DNA of 64,000 nt, taken from the NCBI RefSeq assembly GCF_000150275.1, contig NW_002060944.1, positions 3,386,152 to 3,450,151 of the forward strand, given 5' to 3'. A program made the position numbers and the translations under genes. The notes under the pieces are model-generated. The model did not search any database. It was not told the origin of the DNA and was given only the letters and a program-made list of their open reading frames with translations. This document shows, in pieces, positions 53,428-64,000 of this stretch. Numbering within the stretch: the first letter of the stretch is position 1; the number at the start of each line of letters is the position of its first letter. The stretch is from Trichoplax adhaerens. Its lineage: Eukaryota; Animalia; Placozoa.

Positions 53428-55212
53428 ATGGTAGGTACAAATTAAGGTGTATACGTAATAGATGCCAGAATATTTTTGAACGAATAGAGTAAGTCTTAGT
53501 GACGGTCAATTTCATTGAAGCTTAGCTATATTACATACAGAACGTTGTACGCGTACAAGTTCGATAGGCCTGTGTATTTAGTGATACATCTTATGGCTGA
53601 TCTTAAGACGATGATCGTTCTGCAGTTTTCTACGTGATTATGTAGAGTAAAGCGAAATATCTTTTTACGTTAATGTTAACATAAGTAATACGAAGTCATT
53701 AACGCAGTATCTGATTGCTGCTAGCATAATGACGTTGATCAATGAGCCAAGTTATGGCTAGCTAATTTCAGCCTACAGTACAAGTGGTTACGAGTACGCT
53801 GTTCAATTTTCGGATCAACATCAATATACTGTACAACTTCCTTAATACGCGTATTGATCTAATTTTACTTCTACCACTGTACTAGTGATGAACTTTTCGC
53901 CTTTCTAATAAGCTGATGAAATTATTTGCACTAAAGTGTTGTATGTTATATTCTAAATCGGAATATCTTGCTAATACGCGTATATCAATTATAATTATTA
54001 ATAGCGATACGAATTTCATGCCAAGTTCAGTAAATCAGTTTTGGTTAATTTGTAATTCATTTATTTTAATCTCCGAATTTCTAAATGATTGCGTATTATA
54101 GGCCACAGGAGTCGATCGGTTCGTTGGTGCTGGAATGATAGGTTTCAGCCTAATTGTATTTATTTACTACACATTGTGGGTTATTGTAATGGTAGGTACA
54201 TGATTGCTATTGATATATATATATATATTCAGTACGTAAGATACAATAAGCGAATGCGTTGATACAGGATAGCTTGCATAATCGAAATTAATTTTAGGCC
54301 TTGTCTTTAAACTAAATACAGTATCTCGTAAAGACGTTAAACAAGCTAGACTCTCGAATTGGCTAAATAAGTGCTGTTTCTAATGTATAAGCGATTTAAT
54401 GAACTACTGTATTGAACGATTAATTAATTATTTGTATTAATTGATACTGCTTAATAATATATCTACAAGAAGCAGCAGCAGTAAACACAGGCACTGTCAC
54501 AAGTCATAAACTAAAATTATCTTAAAAATAATCCGGAACCGCCTGAGTGCAAATACTTCCTGCTTATCGATTCAGTACCTGTACCACAGATTAGTAATTT
54601 AGTAATCCATATACAGGATTACATTCAGGTCTATTTAGTGTATTTAGAGAATTATGAATAAGGCCATGTTTGTAGAATTTCACAACAGTATTAGTTTCCT
54701 ATTGTGAATTGCAAGAACTTATCTTGGTATATTGTTATTATAGCCTTTTATAGATAAGGATCTTGCTATACAACAATTTTTCCTACCAAGAGCCTATGCA
54801 GTTCTCATACCTATCGTTGCCGGAGTTGTTCTGCTATTGATATTAAGTAAGAAAGCTTCGTATATGGATATTCACTTATCTTGAATTGTGACATATTTAT
54901 TATTAGATACCTAGCAAGTACATCAACCTTATAAATTGCTGCATTATTTGATATATAAGCATGGCAATGTATTTATACTGTAGATATTACTGTAGTTATT
55001 ACTAGACCAGACACCGATAGTACCTCTTTTTGGAACAAGTTTTAGTGTTAGTTTATACAATGTGCAAAATCTAAGCTTTTCTAGTGATTAACTACTATTT
55101 GAATTTGCAATAATGGACTAGTTCTAATTTTCTTATTTCGCTTTTCCTGATGATAGCTGCAGTATTCTGCCTGATCATGTTAAAAGGTAAAGATCGCAAG
55201 AAGACGAAATAA
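53428..55212 (+). CDS. DPM2: Dolichol-phosphate mannosyltransferase regulatory subunit 2; exons ATG 53428-53430 (inferred), 54102-54191, ~54744-54846, ~55157-55212
   Basis: [54 protein letters not shown]...; C-terminal KKTK dilysine ER motif; ATG|GTAGGT donor. Confidence 0.92.
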
Positions 55213-55744
55213 CATCCTGAACTGTGATTTTTGCCAGATGACTGCAGCTTTGATGTTTGCTATGACCACATAATACTTTTCGTTGTCAATCAATTGTAAT
55301 TATAACAAATAAAAAGATAAATTATTATTATACTATTCGCCTGAACAATTGATATGACGCAATTTTTACTTTCTATTAGCAGACTTTCTTAAAACCTGTT
55401 TAGAAATGTGTCATATGTAAGATTTCGGTCAAATTTCAATTGAATATGATCCGAAATTCTTCAAGTCACAACACACAACATCATACAAATTTCTGTGCAT
55501 TTGTCGACATTAATGGTCGCGCAGTTTTTGCTAGCTTGAAATTACAGCCGAGGTAGCACATACATGACTTAATAGTAGTTAGCAACTGCAGAAAACGTTC
55601 ATTCGTAGAAAGCGAGCAGAATCGATCTTACGCCAAATTGGCATTAAATATTCTTAAGAATGAGACTTTGGATTATAACAATTTTGGACGGATTAGTCTG
55701 AATACACGGGTACTCTGAGCAACATTGCTTTCCAAAATCATGTG

Positions 55745-57991
55745 TTAGCTTTCAGTTGCATTTACGCTTAAATTGAAGTTCTTAATGTTATCCAAAGTGA
55801 TATCAAAGTCGTAATTACTTTTTAAAGACTGCCAATTTTTGAAATCTTTCCAAGCTAAGTTATCCTGTTGACTATTCATACGCGTAGAAAATTTTGAATC
55901 CGTTAACACGGAAAGTAAAACTTTGCTTTCGTTGTCCATCATTGATGAATATTCCAATTCTTCAACGACGCGATGATAGTTAGACAAGTCAACAAAGTTA
56001 GCTGAAATTGCAATGGATCTTTCTAAGTTTTCAACACGATGAGGGCAGCCTGATGGTACAAACAACAGTTCACCTGGTTGTAAAATGCATTCTCTCGGTT
56101 TACATAGGCTTAATGCTCTAAGGAAATTATCATCGTTAGACGATAGATCGATATTAAAGGTACCGTCCAGACTATTGAAATATGACGGATATAGTAAGGG
56201 TAGATCTTCTCTTCTGAAAATTAGCCATCTAAAATCAATGAAATACGGTATAATCAGACGATTCATTATACATATAAGTCAGTACACAATAGGATATGGT
56301 CTGATAAAATATCAGTTAGGAAAACAATTGAATTATGACTGTCGAACAAATACAGTACAGTACTTTAGCGAGAATGTATGAGGTAAATTAAATATATAGA
56401 CTATATCTTGATAACCACCTCTTTCGACCTTGAAATAATGCCATCCAGAAATTGGATCCAAAAGCATCTATATGCAGTTCACTACGTGCACCTTCCGGAG
56501 CGATGAAAAGGCTTGGCCAACTATCGTGATACAGGATTCCTTTAGGGGTACGTTGCAAAAAATCGCTTGCAAAGTACTTTGGAATAGTCAGTTCGCTTGC
56601 TAACTCAGGACAATTTAAGGGCAGGCTCCAGTCAAATAGATATAGTAACTGTTCGTCATCTAAAAGTGTAAATAAATTACAGATTTATATGTGATCTAAA
56701 CATACAATTGAGAGGCGATTTGTACGATTTGTTTACTAACTGAAATTGCTAGGACTATCCATATTATTAACGAATTCTTTAACCGTCATACTACGAGCAA
56801 TTTCAAGTCTTGCCCATTCAACCGAATCAGGAATTAGTCTTTTAACCGCTGCTTTCCTATCACCAGCGACATTCTTGATATGTTCAAAGGTCCAAGGTGT
56901 TGAGATCATATTGCAAACAGCATCTGTAATAATTACTGGCTTTGCTTGCAGTGCATATCGAGATAGAAACTCCTTAAATGAGAGATCTTTAGCTGATCTC
57001 CTTTCAATCTGCATAGGTGGGATAATTAAAACTATTAGTACAAAAAAATCTAAATTAATTTAAGATTATTAGCAATTATTTGATCTTTTAATAGTTTTGT
57101 CTTTTTAATTTTCTAATAGGTGTATATAGTATACGCATACATTTATACATGCATACGAGTATAATGTACGTAGATATATTTGCTTATTTTATATTATATA
57201 GGTAGCACATTATGCTGTAGTTTTATCATCACCGGTAGGGGATTGAGCATCTGCGACTTCTGGAAGGCAGAGTGCTCGGCCAACAATCTTTCTCTGGTTC
57301 TTTGCGCAAAATGAGCTCTGCTGATCTTTTCTTTTAGCCATAAAGCATCGCAAGCCTTTTGATCTACCTGAAGAGACCTTTCAATAAGATTTAAAGCTTC
57401 GGTATAGTCCCCTCTTGTATCAAAGAATGATGCCAAGGCCGAAAAGTAATGTGCATTCAATTCATATCTTTGCTTTACGGCTTGTAATTTTTGGATGGTC
57501 TCCTCGATGAACAGCTGACAGTCGGATCTCCTAAAATATGTATATTGATGCAACGTGATGATAAATTATCAGATACACAGTAGCATAATATTATAATGTA
57601 TTTCAATTAAATCTTTCTAGGTAAGATTGATGATTACCGACTTTAATATGCGTTTAAGCTTGGTGTTTGCAACGACAGCAGAATCAGTAACGCCTTTATA
57701 AATTATCTTCTCTTTGGCAACTTGCTTCCTCCACCATCGTGCAATGCTTGGAAGTGCCCAGAGAAAGTTGTGCTCTTGGTCATCAACGTCACAGCTTGAA
57801 TTTTGCGAACTATTTGCATGCGTTGTTACATTTCGTTTCTCATAAGGGTCATTGTCAGGCTGTTCTTGATCAATATCTGCTATCTTCCTTTTATGCGACT
57901 TGGTTAAGCTCTCGGTTTCGTCATTATCCGGAGGCCACTGGCTGATAAAGGTAACTTCCGGAAGGTTATTACCATCAGTTCCTTCATTCAT
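55745..57991 (-). CDS. TPR-like repeat + JmjC (JMJD4/6/8-like) 2OG-Fe(II) oxygenase, 5 coding exons
   Basis: IERRS..LSFKEF..YA..KPVIITD, YLFDWSLP, WPSLFIAPEGARSELHIDAFGSNFW...GRKRW and LQPGELLFVPSGCPHRVENL..SIAISANF (HxD...H intact). Upstream TPR-like SALASFFDTRGDYTEALNLIERSLQVD. Confidence 0.88.
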
Positions 57992-59655
57992 ACCATATGC
58001 TACTTCAGATGCTTATACCGTATAATACAGTCAATATCCAAGCATAAGAAGATGGCTATTACTAAGATTACTAAACTAGCAACACTAACAGTATTTGCAG
58101 TTCGTGGTTCAATTTAAATTTATAATCTGCAAATAGTGTCAATATAACTTTAGATCTACTGTATCTATCTTTAACTGATTATATCACGGTAGCTAGCGAC
58201 TTGCTGATATGATCGTATGATCACATCCAACATCCGGTATAAAATCACTTAATAATAACGCCTATGCATACTTGCATAGCTCTTAATTAATTAATAATAA
58301 ATACATGAGTTCAATCGGTACCGTCCTGTACAGTATCTAGAGATAATGAATGGAAGATTTCGCAGGCCTAAAGAGTTCAGGTTAGAAGAAGCAATTAGCA
58401 ATTCCACTATTCCAGCATTGCAGCCAGCATCTTGCGCCGCTGCTCATTAATTCGTTGCATTCCAGTACAGTATACTGCACTGTAGATGTGATAGAAAAGC
58501 TGTTTGTCTTCTGTACCAGCGTGGGATAGAGATACTGTACAGTACTGTACGTACTGTACCGTACTGTAGGATTTTAGAATCCGTCCTTACATCTGTATCG
58601 TGATGTTTACTTTCGGTGAAGTAAATAAATCATTCACTTGTAATGATAATTTTATAATAATTTAGTTATTATTTGCTTATTATACTTATTTATTTGCCAG
58701 TGTTTACTGCACGCTGGCTTATTATTAAATTGTACAGTATACTGTAGTAGTAAAAAGGAAGAGGTATACAGTATAGTGTATAATATACAAATAAGCTGAA
58801 TAAACTATCGTACGAAAACTTGCCGTACGGTACTGTGCTGTGCAGTAAACAAAGGTAGCTTTCTTAAATTCTTAAGATAGCGCAATCCAAGGGCTCTCTC
58901 GTCCTGAGGGGTTCAACTTCTTACTATAGTAGTACAATACAGTATGTACATTGTACAGTACTAGTACTGCTCATGATGTACAGCAGGGGCTAGGGACTAC
59001 TACTGGAAGAACAGTTGGCCGTGGACTGCACTGCAACTTTACTGTAGTACCTTGGCTAAAAATTAAAACTTTTTAAGCTCCGTATTTGAATCCCTTGCTG
59101 AGTTGCTGTAGTAGTGTACTGGGCGTAAAGGCGAACAAACAAATTATCCTGAAAGCCATTCATACTTGGTGACGTCAAAAACGCCCACTACCACGTGACT
59201 TCTTCAATTGTTTTGAATTCTTCTTCTTCTTCTTCTTGACAGTCCAAAATAATATATATGATATAAAATAAATAAAATAAAATGATAATAATAATGAATT
59301 ATGAGTAGGTGGCTGGGTGCTTTTTGGCCTTTATATCATACAGTGAGTGTATGCTGTTGGGCAGTTATGCGTACCAGGCCTGTCCATTCGTCCTTTTTTT
59401 TTCTCTTTGGAAATCCTTAACTAAAGTTGTATACAGTACAGTACTGTCCGTACAGTACAATCATGGTACAATTCATACTGTACAATACAGTACATTGTAC
59501 AAGGTGAAACGTCTACGGTACGTGGGCTGCAGTGTACTGTATCTAAGGGCATAGAGTGATTACTGTACTAGTTGAACAGGTTTGCTTCAGTTTTTGCTGA
59601 TCGTACACGTAGGTAGTCACGCCGGTCGCGACTACGCCGAGAAAAAATTCACTGA

Positions 59656-63961
<4,306 letters not shown>

Positions 63962-64000
63962 GTAAGTATAATTTATTGACTAATCTTGCTGAGTTACAAC

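Overview
AT-rich eukaryotic genomic DNA with dense genes and many short (~70-150 nt) spliceosomal introns. It is animal-like, and a placozoan (Trichoplax-like) origin is inferred from gene content and compactness but not proven. Gene models were spliced by hand from the sequence. In order: 3' part of VPS13A/C (+), a 5.5 kb repeat- and hairpin-rich spacer, SLC39A7/ZIP7 (+), makorin (-) head-to-head with PPIL1 (+), two paralogous 3xCUB-TM receptors in inverted orientation flanking a small ankyrin-repeat gene, QTRT2 (-) with an intron-containing tRNA-Arg(UCG) nested in intron 1 and a U12-type intron, a ~205-bp tandem repeat, NELFE (+), an intronless plant-type FKBP12 (-), DPM2 (+), a TPR-JmjC gene (-) and the 5' part of FAM102/EEIG1 (+). 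Main points of interest: the plant-signature FKBP12 (candidate HGT or differential loss); clustering of orthologues of MHC-paralogon genes including a DPM2-FAM102 linkage; the uncharacterised CUB-receptor pair with a conserved stalk and YxxPhi tail; GTAC pentamer islands at promoters; and perfect hairpins inserted into tandem duplicates. No prokaryotic systems, CRISPR arrays or coding transposons were seen. Homology statements rest on recalled family sequences, not database searches.
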